From Octopus vulgaris (lineage: Eukaryota): a stretch of DNA of 64,000 bases. The notes below the pieces were generated by a model, which worked only from the letters and a program-made list of their open reading frames with translations, was not told where the DNA came from and searched no databases. Made by a program: the position numbers and the translations under genes. Within the stretch, counting starts at the first letter, position 1; each line of letters opens with the position of its first letter. Positions 1 through 11,637 of this stretch are shown in pieces. The stretch covers positions 176,948,001 to 177,012,000 of the forward strand of contig OX597814.1 in assembly GCA_951406725.2 (NCBI GenBank), written 5' to 3'.

Positions 1-375
1 CCACATGCTTTTTTTTTTCAGTCATAGAGTCTTCAGTAGAAAATCCTTCGAATTCTGACTCGCTGCTTGATATAATGAAATTCGTATCCATTTTTTGTCA
101 GAATTACAAATTTTGAAAACACAATAGGGACAAATTTCGGAAAAAAATCTCCCAAAATTCACGGAATTAAAATTACACTTCGATTTTTGTACAAAACTGT
201 AGTTGAACTCTTTACGAAGTATAATACGTGTTTTCACGAATGTGCTAAAGAGATTTGCTCTGATATTCTCATTTAAATATGAATAGGTAAATTTGGGCGG
301 TTTTGGGCGGCTTGGTCACATTAACCAAAATTTTTTGGGGGGCGGTTTCGGGCGGTTTGGTAACGAAAGGGTTAA
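1..375. mobile_element. Right end of a TTAA-type (piggyBac-like) non-autonomous DNA transposon
   Basis: Ends in ggtaacgaaagggTTAA with subterminal gggcggttt repeats. A near-identical terminus, ggtaacaaaagggttaa, recurs at ~21922-21938. Confidence 0.55.
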
Positions 376-1499
376 TGTAATCAACAAGCATCCTCCTCTA
401 TTTCGGGCTTTATACCTATAGTACAAATGATTATTCTGTTTCTTCTTCTCACTTTTTGCTCTTTTTTTATTTTCTCCTCTCTATCTTCAGCATTTTTCTT
501 TGTCTTTCTTTTGTATTTCTCTTGTGTCTTTTATTATTTTTTTTGTTAATTCAGTCTGGAGGATGGGGTAGTGCCCATAGCCTTCAGAAGTCCTCTAAGG
601 CTTTCTATTTCATTTCTGTTATTGTCATTACCATTTAACCAACCAATTAATTAATTAATTGTTTGATTAATCATTTACTCAATCAATCAATGAGCTAGGT
701 TTGGCAAAGACTTTCATTACCATTTGTAATCTTGTCACTTGATGGACCTAAAACAGACTTGGAGTAGAGAGAGTGCATGTCAATGATGAGGTCACAAATG
801 GCACTGAAAGGACTTTGATGAACTTAGCTGATTGATTGCTTGACCTGCAGCAGGAATATTCAGTAACCACTTTGTGTTGCGATTTGCTAGAATATTACCC
901 ATGTGATCGACAAAATCTGACCAATCATGACTTTGCATGGAATAGGCACTAGCAACAATTTCATCTTTTTGTGCACTTCTTTCTGAGCCTAACCATCAGT
1001 ATAAATTTGACACACCTTGACTACTTGACAGAGAGTGTTGAGAGACAGCAGACATGGTGAACAAATGATGGTGACAACTGTTGACCCAAGCTGACAACAA
1101 CCACAATAAATGAACGGTGACAGCAACATTATGACCAGCAGCTATCTTTTTGACTGCTATTTCTATTACACTAAGAACAGCATCCAAACTCTCTCAACAT
1201 TTTGTTGTTCGTAGTAATGACAATGGCGGTGCCCCAGCATGTCCACAGCTCATGAGCTGAAACTAGATAAAATAAAAAATGACTATTTGTTTTTGTGTAT
1301 GAAAAGAATACAATTTTGTTTATCAAAATTCCTAATAGATTTTATCGTCTTCGTCCTTGTACAGACCGGATGATTAACCGATTAGAACCCAAATTTTTAA
1401 AATTTAATTTATTACCAAAAATCTTTTTTTTACACATCTTTATCTGATGCTAAATATATAAAAAAATTTTTATCACAATATTTGGATGACACATAAAAG

Positions 1500-1746
1500 T
1501 TGGCACATAAAAGGCACCATTTGAGCGTGGCCATTGCCAGTACTGCTTGACTGGCCCTCGTGCCGATGGCATGTAAAAGCACCCACTACACTCTTGGAGT
1601 GGTTGGTGTTAGGAAGGGCATCCAGCTGTAGAAACTCTGCCAGATCAGATTGGAGTCTGGTGCAGCCATCTGGTTCGCCAGACCTCAGTCAAATTGTCCA
1701 ACCCATGCTAGCATGGAAAACGGACGTTAAACAATGATGATGATGA
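1500..1746 (+). mobile_element. Solo RTE-LINE 3' UTR copy with (GAT)n tail
   Basis: cacccactacactc...aggaagggcatccagctgtagaaac...catgctagcatggaaa...gttaaacaatgatgatg; same family as the LINE terminus at ~10090-10701. Confidence 0.8.
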
Positions 1747-2066
1747 CTCCTGTCTTGATGACTAACTAAAGATATCTCAGTAAAATACAGGTGTCACAGA
1801 AATATGATGGATTATCCTTCTAGTCCTAAAAAAGGGACCATGGGCACTAATGGGTTAATCAAACAGCTATTTAATTGATTAAATGTTTAACCAATTGACT
1901 AATGATAAAAGAAGTGAAATAAAACCAATGCATTTGTTTACTATTGGCATTATGACCCTTTCGAGATGCAAAATATTGTGTTTAACAAATGTGTTACGAA
2001 TTAGTTGTTTTTAACTTGAATAATATCTCTAACAAATTCCTTTCTCATTCTATGACTCTATTGTAG

Positions 2067-2147
2067 ACAATGGTGGATGCCTGACACGGGTGGTGCCAAT
2101 ATTCCTGCCATTAATGACTTATTGGCATCATTAGGAATGATGTTTAG
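2067..2147 (+). CDS. MBTPS1: MBTPS1 (site-1 protease) internal coding exon: (R)[26 protein letters not shown](S)
   Basis: ttgtag acceptor and gtaagg donor; 81 nt, phase 2/2. The peptide matches the S1P motif [20 protein letters not shown] as I recall it from vertebrate MBTPS1. Confidence 0.95.
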
Positions 2148-2671
2148 GTAAGGATAAACATGTATGTGGGCATGTGTATGTCTGCACAGATGTGTGATGG
2201 GGTATCATGTAGGCTACATGCACATGTATGGCTGTGTGGTTAAGGAGCTTGCTTCACAATGATTTAATTTCAGGTTCAGTCCCAATGTGCAACACCTTGG
2301 GCAAGTGTCATCTACTATAATCCTTGGGCAGACCAAATCCTTGTAAGAAGCATGTAGTATATGTGTGTGCGTGTGCATGCATGCATGGAAGTGTGTGTGT
2401 CTCCTTGTTTTGACATCATGTAGTTTGTTGTAAACGAGTGTCACTGTTATACAAGCAGTGTTATTTATTTCCAATGTTCTGTGAAAGCATGTCTGGAAAA
2501 AAAAAACAAGTGCTTTCACTGCACTACCAAGTGCAGCTCTGTATGTCTTGGGTATGTGCTGTAGTTTGTTGTGATGCTATTATAGTTACTGTATTGAAAG
2601 TGTTTTACATAGGATGTGTGTGGTGCCTAGTACTGCTATTTTCTGTGTGTTATATATATTTGTCCTGGTGT

Positions 2672-2891
2672 TTTTATTATTATTATTATTATTTTTATCA
2701 TTATCATTATTTTTATTATTTTTATCATTATCATTATTATTATTTTTATCATTATCATTATTATTATTTTTATCATTATTATTATAATTATTATTTTTAT
2801 CATTATTATTATTTTTTTATCATTATTATAATTATTATTATTATCATTATTATTATTATTTTTATCATTATTATTATAATTATTATTTTTA

Positions 2892-2953
<62 letters not shown>

Positions 2954-3090
2954 TTTATCATCATCATTATTATTATTATTTTTATCATTATTATTATTTT
3001 TACCAATATTATTATTTTTACCAATATTATTATTATTATTATTATTGTTATTGTTATTGTTGTTGTTATTATTATTATTATTATTATTAT
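2672..3090. repeat. Compound (ATT/ATC)n microsatellite
   Basis: Directly visible; produces the poly-Ile/Tyr/His ORF artefacts. Confidence 0.97.
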
Positions 3091-3100
3091 TTTCTTCTAG

Positions 3101-3144
3101 TGATCAAGTGTTTGAAGGAGAACTCTTCCTTGGAGGCCACGAAT
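3101..3144 (+). CDS. MBTPS1: MBTPS1 coding exon: (S)DQVFEGELFLGGHE(L)
   Basis: ttcttctag acceptor and gtaaga donor; 44 nt, phase 2/1. Joins both neighbouring exons in frame and aligns to S1P FSDGLYEGEFTLANHDM. Confidence 0.92.
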
Positions 3145-3889
3145 GTAAGAAAATATATTTTCTGTCTTTGCTCTCTTTTCCCCCATTCATTTCCCTAAGT
3201 CCTCATAGTTAAAGACATTGTTTCAATGTTCTGCAGCTTCTAAGTCATCTTATTTCTTATAGCCTATTGTTGAATCTCTAAAACATTCTTGGGACATGTC
3301 TGTGTTTCTTTAGTGACAAAAAGAAAAAACAAGAAAGAAATCCTGTCACATGAGATTTGTTTCCTTTTTTTTATGTTTTTACTAGTTTACCCTTTCTGTC
3401 AATAATGATGTCAAACACATTTGTTTTTTCAAATAAATAAATATTGAAAATTATTATAAAAAGAGTGAAACATTCTTTATTAATGGTTTTTGCAAATGTT
3501 GAAATTCAATCTTATGAGGAATAACTTCTTGTTTCTTATTGTTAGTCACTATTTATGTATGTTCACGGTTGCCCACTACATGCATAATACACACAGGCAC
3601 TTACACACATTCACATACATGCATACACATGCACACACATAGCTTTCACAAACACATATATAGTTCACACACACAAAATTCAAACACATACATGAATATA
3701 TATCCAACACACACACTGCTCACACATATACAAACAGTCGCATCTCACACAATATTACTTATATATAAAGGCATATATTGTGTGTGTGTATATATATATA
3801 TATATAAAATATATTGTTTTATATATAAACATGTTGAAAATTATTATTCACTATGTGTATTCACTAAATATTCTGTGTTATGCACTTAA

Positions 3890-4652
3890 TCATCATCATC
3901 ATCATCATCATTTAACGTCCGCTTTCCATGCTAGCATGGGTTGGACGGTTCAACTGGGGTCTGGGGAGCCCGAAAGCTGCACCAGTCCAGTCAGATCTGG
4001 CAGTGTTTCTACAGCTGGATGCCCTTCCTAACGCCAACCACTCCGAGAGTGTAGTGGGTGATTTTATGTGCCACCGACACAGGTGCCAGACGAGGCTGGC
4101 AGACGGCCATGCTCGGATGGTGTTTTTATGTGCCACCGACACAGGTGCCAGATGAGGCTGGCAAACGGCCACTATCGGATGGTGTTTGTTACGTGCCCAC
4201 AGCACGGAGGCCAGTCGATGCGGTACTGGCTACGGCCACGTTCGGATGGTTTTCTTGTGTGCCACGTGCCACCGGCACTGGTACCACAAAGATACAAATT
4301 CCATTGATGTTCATCTATTTTGATTTGTTTTGATTTTCACTTGCCTCAACAGGTCTTCACAAGTGTCACAAGAAGGAAGGTATGCACAGGTGGACTGACT
4401 ACGTCCCAGGTAGGGGCCACAGGTTATGGCCTGACTAGTCTTGCCGGGTCTTCGGATGGTGTTTTTGTGTGCCACCGACACAGGTGCCAGATGAGGCTGG
4501 CGAACGGCCACGATCGGATGGTGTTTGTTACGTGCCCACAGCACGGAGGCCAGTCGGTGCGGTACTGGCTACGGCCACGTTCGGATGGTTTTCTTGTGTG
4601 CCACCGGCACTGGTACCACAAAGATACAATTCCATTAATGTTCATCTATTTT
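3890..4652 (-). mobile_element. RTE 3' UTR copy with internal tandem units and an internal duplication
   Basis: (CAT)n tail at the left end and repeated ~50 bp gtgccacc...cggatggtg units; segment ~4120-4325 is repeated at ~4460-4652. Confidence 0.8.
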
Positions 4653-5455
4653 GATTATGTTTATATATATATATATATATATAAACATAAAACTGTTCAA
4701 GGTTGCTCACTGCATAAGAAGCATAGACAAGCACAGTCTGTATATATATACACACAAATATACATATTCAAGGTCATTAGCTATATGTACATGCATATAT
4801 AAAGGTATTTATGCATGCTTATGTAGATACATACAACAGTACATATGTACAAATACATACATGGATCATATATATACACAGCTCACACACATACATGCAT
4901 ATATTCAGTTCACACTTTATACACATACACCCTGCTTACATATAAGTAGATTCATGTTTCACATAACAATGTTTGCATACACATATACACACACTCACAT
5001 GGGTCTATATTGTGTAATATAATAATCACACTACCCATTTGTTTCAACTCCTCGTAGAATTCCCAACAAATGAGTCTATGTATTTCCAGAAATTTTCTCA
5101 GGATGCATAATTGTATAATATCCACTAAATAAAATACAGTATTTTCTGTATGCAAAAAGAATCAAAATTGTACAGTATGTTGCATTGTGTTGATTAGATC
5201 TTCATATATGTTACTCTGTGAAGTGGTTGGTGTTAGGAAGGGTATCCAGCCATAGAAACCATGTCAAATCAGACTGGAGTCCAACCCATGCCAGCATGGA
5301 CAACGGATGTTAAATGATGATGATGAAACAGATGTTTCTATTTGGGACATATCTGTTCTCTAAATCCACGTGCAAATTAAATTTATTTGTTCAATAAAAT
5401 TCAAAACATCTTAGATTGTCATGGTTTTGCAGTTTCTATAGACATACAGACTTTA

Positions 5456-5672
5456 CAAGAGGGTGCTGAAAAGTTCCTGGCTTTGGACAAAAGAAAATAC
5501 AAGAGGATCAGTTAATTATGATTTTATTCAACATATTCCCCTCCCAGATTCACACACTTATTGCAGTGGTCCTTCAGTTTTTCTAAGCCCTATAAAAGAA
5601 CTCGGAAGGTTGGGCCTCCAACCAGGCCTTTTGTGATACTCTTAAAGCCAGGAGCTTTTCAGCACCTCTTTG
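5456..5672. mobile_element. Mariner-type MITE
   Basis: TA flanks; ~29 bp imperfect TIRs caagagggtgctgaaaagttcctggcttt / aaagccaggagcttttcagcacctctttg. Confidence 0.85.
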
Positions 5673-5766
5673 TATATACCAAGGGTGCCAAATTTAGATG
5701 TTTCACATGTGTATATGAATGTGAGAGTGTGTGTCTGTGTTTTTCTGTCTTCGTCCCTTGGCATTA

Positions 5767-6107
5767 CATCATCATCATCATTATCATCATCATCGTTTAA
5801 CATCCGCTTTCCATGCTAGCATGGGTTGGATGATTTGATTGAGGACTGGCGAACCAGATGGCTGCACCAGGCTCCAATCTTGATCTGGCAAAATTTCTAC
5901 AGCTGGATGCCCTTCCTAATGCCAACCACTCTGAGAGTGTAGTGGGTGCTTTTATGTGCCACTGGCACGAGGGCCAGTCAGGCGTTACTGGCAACAACCA
6001 TGCTCAAATGGTGTTTTTTATGTGCCGCCTGCACAGGAGCCAGTCCAGCGGCACTGGCAACAACCTCGCTCAAATGTTTTTTCACGTGCCAGTAAGGCGA
6101 TGCTGGT
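5767..6107 (-). mobile_element. Solo RTE 3' UTR copy
   Basis: (CAT)n tail plus the family core on the minus strand. Confidence 0.8.
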
Positions 6108-6590
6108 AAAGATCACAGTTGTAAATGAGTGTCACTGTCATGCAAGCAGTATCCTTCATTTCTAATCTTCAATGGAAACATGGTCATAGGGAAATGTTAC
6201 CTTATTTGGAAACAGGTGAGGGTTGGTGACAGGAAGGGCATCTGGCCATAGAAAATCTATTTCAACAAATTCTGTTTGATGAATGCAAGCGTGGAAGAGT
6301 GGACATTAAAATGATGATGATAACAAAAGATATGGCAGTTGTATTTCAGTTATTTAATCTTAAGAGAGCAAAGACATCAGGATCGGTAGAGCATGAAATA
6401 AAATACAGTGCAGTATTTAATAACATCCCCTTTATATTCTGAGTTTAATCCTTTAGCATTTAAACCGACCATATCTGGCCAGAATATTCTACATGTTTTA
6501 CGTTCAAACTGGCCAGATCTGCTAATATACAGGTACTGTAAAAACTGTATAAATACTGTATGCCATTGCTTGTATATATATTACATCTGG

Positions 6591-6823
6591 TATAAGGCGG
6601 CGAGCTGGCAGAACCGTTAGCACGCCGGGCGAAATGCGTAGCCGTATTTCGTCTGCCATTACGTTCTGAGTTCAAATTCCGCCGAGGTCGACTTTGCCTT
6701 TCATCCTTTCGGGGTCGATAAATTAAGTACCAGTTACGCACTGGGGTCGATATCATTGACTTGATACCTTTGTCTGTCCTTGTTTGTCCCCTCTATGTTT
6801 TAACCCTTGTGGGTAGTAAAGAA
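6591..6823 (+). mobile_element. Full-length tRNA-derived SINE with a Deu/Nin-like central domain
   Basis: A-box and B-box-like head (ggcgagctggcaga...gagttcaaattcc) and core gcctttcatcctttcggggtcgataaa. 17 bp TSD atatatattacatctgg at 6574-6590 and 6824-6840. Confidence 0.85.
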
Positions 6824-7079
6824 ATATATATTACATCTGGATTCCATTCCTATCACCAATTGCTTTACTGCATGGACTTTATTTAGTAAGAACATCTGCA
6901 GAAGGACATGAATTTATTTGAAGATTTTGCTGTTGTATTAGTGCACGTGTGGGTTCATTTGTTCTTTCCTCCCTCCCTCCCTCTCTACATTTTAATTTTA
7001 TTTATTCAAATGATTAAAACAAAGGGTTTTAAATAAAGTTGGTTTTAATGTGTTTTAAATACATTTGTGTATTTTTCAG

Positions 7080-7157
7080 TGTATTATGCATCTGGTACAA
7101 GTATAACAAAGTTTCCTCCAGATGGGATAGTTATCTCACATAAACTCAAAGACCAAG
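7080..7157 (+). CDS. MBTPS1: MBTPS1 coding exon: (L)YYASGTSITKFPPDGIVISHKLKDQ(G)
   Basis: atttttcag acceptor and gtaagt donor; 78 nt, phase 1/1. Aligns to S1P [26 protein letters not shown]. Confidence 0.95.
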
Positions 7158-7274
7158 GTAAGTTATTTCAGTTGGTCTTGTTGCTAGATTTCTGTGTCTG
7201 GAAAAACAATGATATTAAATAGAAAAAGCGCGTGCGCATGCACGCATGCACACACACACACACACACACACACA

Positions 7275-10200
7275 CAGATTAGTGCTACATCAAGGATTAG
7301 CAACCATTATCTTGGCCTATGTCCTTCAGCCGAGGAAACCTGATGGACAGAGAGACAGATTTTATGACACCCTCTTGCAGACTACCTTGTTGACGAATGA
7401 CAGGGACCTTCTCTTTGTGGCTGGTGACTTCAGTAGACATGTTGGACAACATGCAGTGGGCTTCCATGGTGTACATGTAGGCTATGGTTTTGTTTCCCTG
7501 GAATGAGGAGGGAACCAAGCTGCTGGAGTTCTGCAATGCAAATGATCTTATGGTTTGCAATATCAGTCACCTAGTCACCCACCATTCTGGCAGACACACT
7601 AGCGAAATTGACTACATCCTTGCCAGAAAAAGGGAAAGATGGCAGCTTATAAATGCCAAAACCTTCCCAGGCAAAGAATGTACCCCACAACATAAACTAG
7701 TAGTTAGCGACTTCAGGATCAGGGATAAATGGATGTGCAGAAGACGACCAGTATGGAGGAGAAGGGTCTGGAAGCTTAAAGATCCTGTGAATGGACAGAG
7801 ATTTAGGGACGTATTACTCAAAGCCTTTGATGAAATAGAAGGGGATGTAGCATCACATAATGTGGAAGACAACTGGAGGTTTCTACGGGACAACCTGCCG
7901 AGGGCCACTGACCAGATTTGTGGATGGTGCAAAGTCCCCTCTCATCCCAAGGTAGTCTGGTGGTGGAACAATGTTGTTGACAGGGCTATTAGAGAAAAGA
8001 AACAGGTTTGGAAGGACTGGAAGAACGGTGGTAGCAGGGAATTGTTTCAGACTGCCAGAAGGGAAGCTAGGAGACAGGTTTATTTAGCCAGAGGGGAAGC
8101 AGATAAGAAAATATTTGCTAATTTTCTGCGCCGTGAGGACCAAAGACTTGAGGTATTTCATGTTGCAAGATTGTGTGGGAGATATTCGTGATGTCGTAGG
8201 AGAGAAATGTGTCAGTGTGGATGATGGTTCACTTGCATTAAACGAGGCTGCAAAGAGAAAGGTTTGGAGATGCTACTATGAAAGGTTGCTCAATAAAGAG
8301 AACGAATGGGAGAAAGAAAGTCTGCTGAATGTTGACCCAACAGAGGGACCAGCTATCCAAATTCATAGTACCGTGGTAGATTAGACAATTAAGGTTATGA
8401 AGACAGGGATAGCCCCTGGCCCATCAGGAATCACTGCATAGATGGTCAAAATATCTGGTGGTATTGGCTATAGCCTTGTCACCTGTATAGTTAACCATGT
8501 GATACATGGAGGAGTCATACCCAATGACTGATGTAGTAGCACCATAGTCAACTGCTACAAAAGTAAAGGTGACGCTTTAGATACAAATAATTACAGAGGT
8601 ATCAAGCTGTTGGATCAGGTAATGAAGGTCACGGAGAGGGTTATAGCCCAACTAATTAGGGAGAGAGTCAGTCTAGATGGGTTTGTGCCAGGGAAAAGCA
8701 CCACTGTTGCTATATTTTTAGTAAGACAGCTGCAAGAGAAATACCTAGCCAAAGATAAACCTCTGTCCCTAGCTTTTGTTGACATAGAGGAAAGCCTTTG
8801 ATAGGGTCCCCTGATCCCTTATCTGGTGGTCAATGAGGAAACTAAGGATAGTTGAATGGTTAATGAGAGCTGTGCAAACCATGTACAGGGATAGTGTTGG
8901 CAACGAGTACAGTGAAGAATTCCGAGTAGGGGTAGGGGTCCACCAAATATCAGTCCTCAGCCCCTCTTATTCATCATAGTCCTCCAGGCAATAACAGAGG
9001 AATTCAAGACAGGATGCTCCTCGGAGCTCTTCTATGCTGATGACCTTGCTCTAACTGCTAAGTCACTATCAGAACTAGAGGAAAAGTTTCAGGTATGGAA
9101 GCAAGGATTAGAATTGAAGGGCTTTAGAGTCAACTTAGCTAAAACGAAAGTCTTAATAAGTAGGAAGGCAGACAAACCACAAATCTCTTCAGGTAGATGG
9201 CCCTGCTTGATCTGTAGAAAAGGCATAGATAGAAACTCTATAAGATGTACCCTGTGCAAGCTATGGACACATAAGAGGTGCAGCAATATCAAAGGGGGCT
9301 AACTGGGAAGATAGTTTTTGTATGTGGCAGATGCTCAGGTGCTATAAACACAGAAAATGTGCAGAGAACAGCTTGTCACATTCCAAGGAGAAAAACTAGA
9401 AGTAGTTGATAGCTTCCATTACCTAGGCGACCAAGTCAGTAGCAGGAGTGGATGCTCTGAAAGTGTAGCTGCTAGAATAAGAATAGCCTGGGCAAAGTTC
9501 AGAGGGCTCCTACCTCTGCTGGAGATAAAGGGCCTCTCACTCAGAGTAAAAGGTAGACTGTATGATGTATATGTATGAACAGCCATGCTACATGGCAGTG
9601 AAACATGGGCCGTGACTGCTGAGGACATGTGTAAGCTTGCAAGGAATTAAGTCATTATGCTCCGCTGGATGTGTAATGTCAGTGTGCATACACGACAGAG
9701 TGTAAGCACCCTGAGAGAAAAGTTGGATTTAAGAAGCATCAGATGTGGTGTGCAAGAGAGACAACTGCGCTGGTATGGTCATGTGTTGCGAATGAATGAG
9801 GACAGCTGTGTGAAAAAGTGTCACACCCTAGTAGTTGAGGGAATCTGTGGAAGAGGTAGATCCAGGAAAACCTGGGATGAGGTGGTGAAGCATGACCTTC
9901 GAACACTGGACCTTACTGAGGCAATGACAAGTGACGGGGACCTTTGGAGATATGCTGTGCTTGAGAAGACCCGACAAGCCATGTAGGACCATAGCCCATG
10001 GCCTATACCAGTGGGTATAACCAGCCCATTTATGAATACTCCTCATTCATTGGACAATAAACCTTGCTTGTGAAGACCTATTGAGGCAAGTGAAATCAGA
10101 TCAAAATCAAAATCGCTGACGTGGCCAATGACAGTACTGCCTGATTGGCACTCATGCCAGTGGAACATTAAATGCACATCTGAACGTGGGGTGTAACCAG

Positions 10201-10701
10201 CCCGCTTATGAGTACCCCTCATTCATTGGACAATGAACTTTGCTTGCGAAGACCTATTGAGGCGAGTGTAAACAAATCAAAATCGCTCACGTGGCCGATG
10301 ACATTATCGCTTGATTGGGACTTGTGCCAGTGGAACGTTTAAAGCATATCTGAGCATGATCGTTGCCAGGTCCACGGATTGGCTCCCGTGTCGGTGACAT
10401 GTGAAAAGCACCATTTGAGCATGATTGTTGGCAGTGTCACCTTACCGGCACATGTGCAGGTGGCACGTGAAAGCATCTTTTGAGTGTGGTTGTTGCCAGA
10501 ACCACCTGACTGCCCCTCGTGCCGGTAGCATGTAAAAGGCACCCACTACACTCTTGGAGTGGTTGGCGTTAGGAAGGGTATCTAGCTGTAGAAACTTTGC
10601 CAGATCAGATTGAGCCTGGTGCAACCTATGGCTCGCCAGTCCTCAGTCAAACCATTCAACCCATGCCAGCAAGGAAAGCAGACATTAAATGATGATGATG
10701 A
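7275..10701 (+). mobile_element. 5'-truncated, decayed RTE-clade LINE (APE endonuclease and reverse transcriptase fragments plus repeat-rich 3' UTR)
   Basis: Motifs AGDF, EIDYIL, QHKLVV, NYRGIKLL, GFVPGKST, AFVDIEKA-like, LFYADDL (~9030) and LRWYGHVLRM...GRSRKTW. Many stops and frameshifts; ORF ends at 9986; (GAT)n tail at ~10690-10701. Confidence 0.93.
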
Positions 10702-10738
10702 TATACACACAAAGCAAAGAAGGATGTCATGGTACTAG

Positions 10739-10825
10739 TGCATTATGGCCGTTTCAGGCAGCCCCATTTAATCGATCAATGCAAGCATTACATCAATTTG
10801 AGATACATCTCCTTCCTCGGATGTA
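10739..10825 (-). ncRNA. Hammerhead ribozyme-like motif (type I, U4C core, decayed)
   Basis: Minus strand reads tacat-CCGAGGA-agg...cct-GAAA-c-ggcc-a-TA-atgca; helix I has one mismatch and helix III lost a pair. Confidence 0.55.
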
Positions 10826-11407
10826 TAAGACCATGTAGATTTTCAACATACAGGATACTCCATTATAATCTTTTAGCAAATTTTTCATCAGAACTAGAGA
10901 ACAAAAAGAATTACATGCTTGTTACCATTATTGTAGCAGTATGAACTTAGGGATAAAATACCCCAACTATAATTTGGAGTGGCAGAAGAGAATAATAACA
11001 GGGGCAAAGAGATGGTAATATAGCTACATTTATCTTTGTTCTTACCACAATCAAGAGATCTAATGCAGCTAGAATTCTACAATTTGACATTAATTTATCA
11101 TCAGCTCCTAGAACTTAGCTGTCAATTCCCAATGGTTTTAATTCTCAGTGGAGGTTGTATACTGGTTGCATTTGATTTTTTGACGGTGATAAGGAGAAAG
11201 ATAAATGCAGCTGTAATACCATATCTTGACCCCTATTGTTATTTTCTTCTACCACTCCAAATTATAGTTGGGGTATTTTCTCCCTAAGTTCATTCTTCTA
11301 CAATAATAGAAACAGGCATGTAATTCTTTTATTCTCCAGTTCTGATGAAGAATTTGCTAAAAAATTATAATGGAGTATTCTGTATGTTGAAAACCTATAT
11401 GGTCTTA

Positions 11408-11494
11408 TGCATCCGAGGAAGACGGTGTATTTTAGATTAATATAAAGCTTGCATTGATTGATTAAATGGAGCTACCTGAAACGGCTGTAATGTA
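11408..11494 (+). ncRNA. Hammerhead ribozyme-like motif (type I, U4C core, long helix II)
   Basis: tgcat-CCGAGGA-ag...ct-GAAA-c-ggct-g-TA-atgta; helix I tgcat/atgta and helix III AC/GT. Confidence 0.62.
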
Positions 11495-11637
11495 CTAATA
11501 CCTTGACATTCTTGTTACTTATTTGCTTTTTATTCACCTTACTTCAAGCTGTGCAGATAATACTGGACTGACTCGGTTCCTCAACCTAAGTACCTAATTC
11601 AACGGAATCTTAATTATCTCTTATGTATATATATCTA

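Larger units (their letters stand above)
10705..11611 (+). mobile_element. Fold-back Penelope-type (pLTR-like) non-autonomous element, hammerhead family A
   Basis: ~360 bp imperfect inverted arms (~10711-11075 / ~11160-11529) plus an unpaired 3' tail. The tail and hammerhead region are homologous to 59160-59371. Confidence 0.7.

Noticed and set aside
2438-3100. 220 aa Tyr/His/Ile-rich ORF and similar YI/CV-rich ORFs at 19.8-20.3 kb, 46.6 kb and 52.2-52.8 kb
   Set aside because: Translations of microsatellites, not genes.
4060-4620. Regularly spaced ~50 bp repeats resembling a CRISPR array
   Set aside because: The intervening sequences are themselves repeated, there are no cas genes, and the context is a eukaryotic LINE UTR.
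11342-11400. Second CTGATGA...GAAA inside the fold-back arm
   Set aside because: Helix II does not close next to GAAA and no helix I partner was found.
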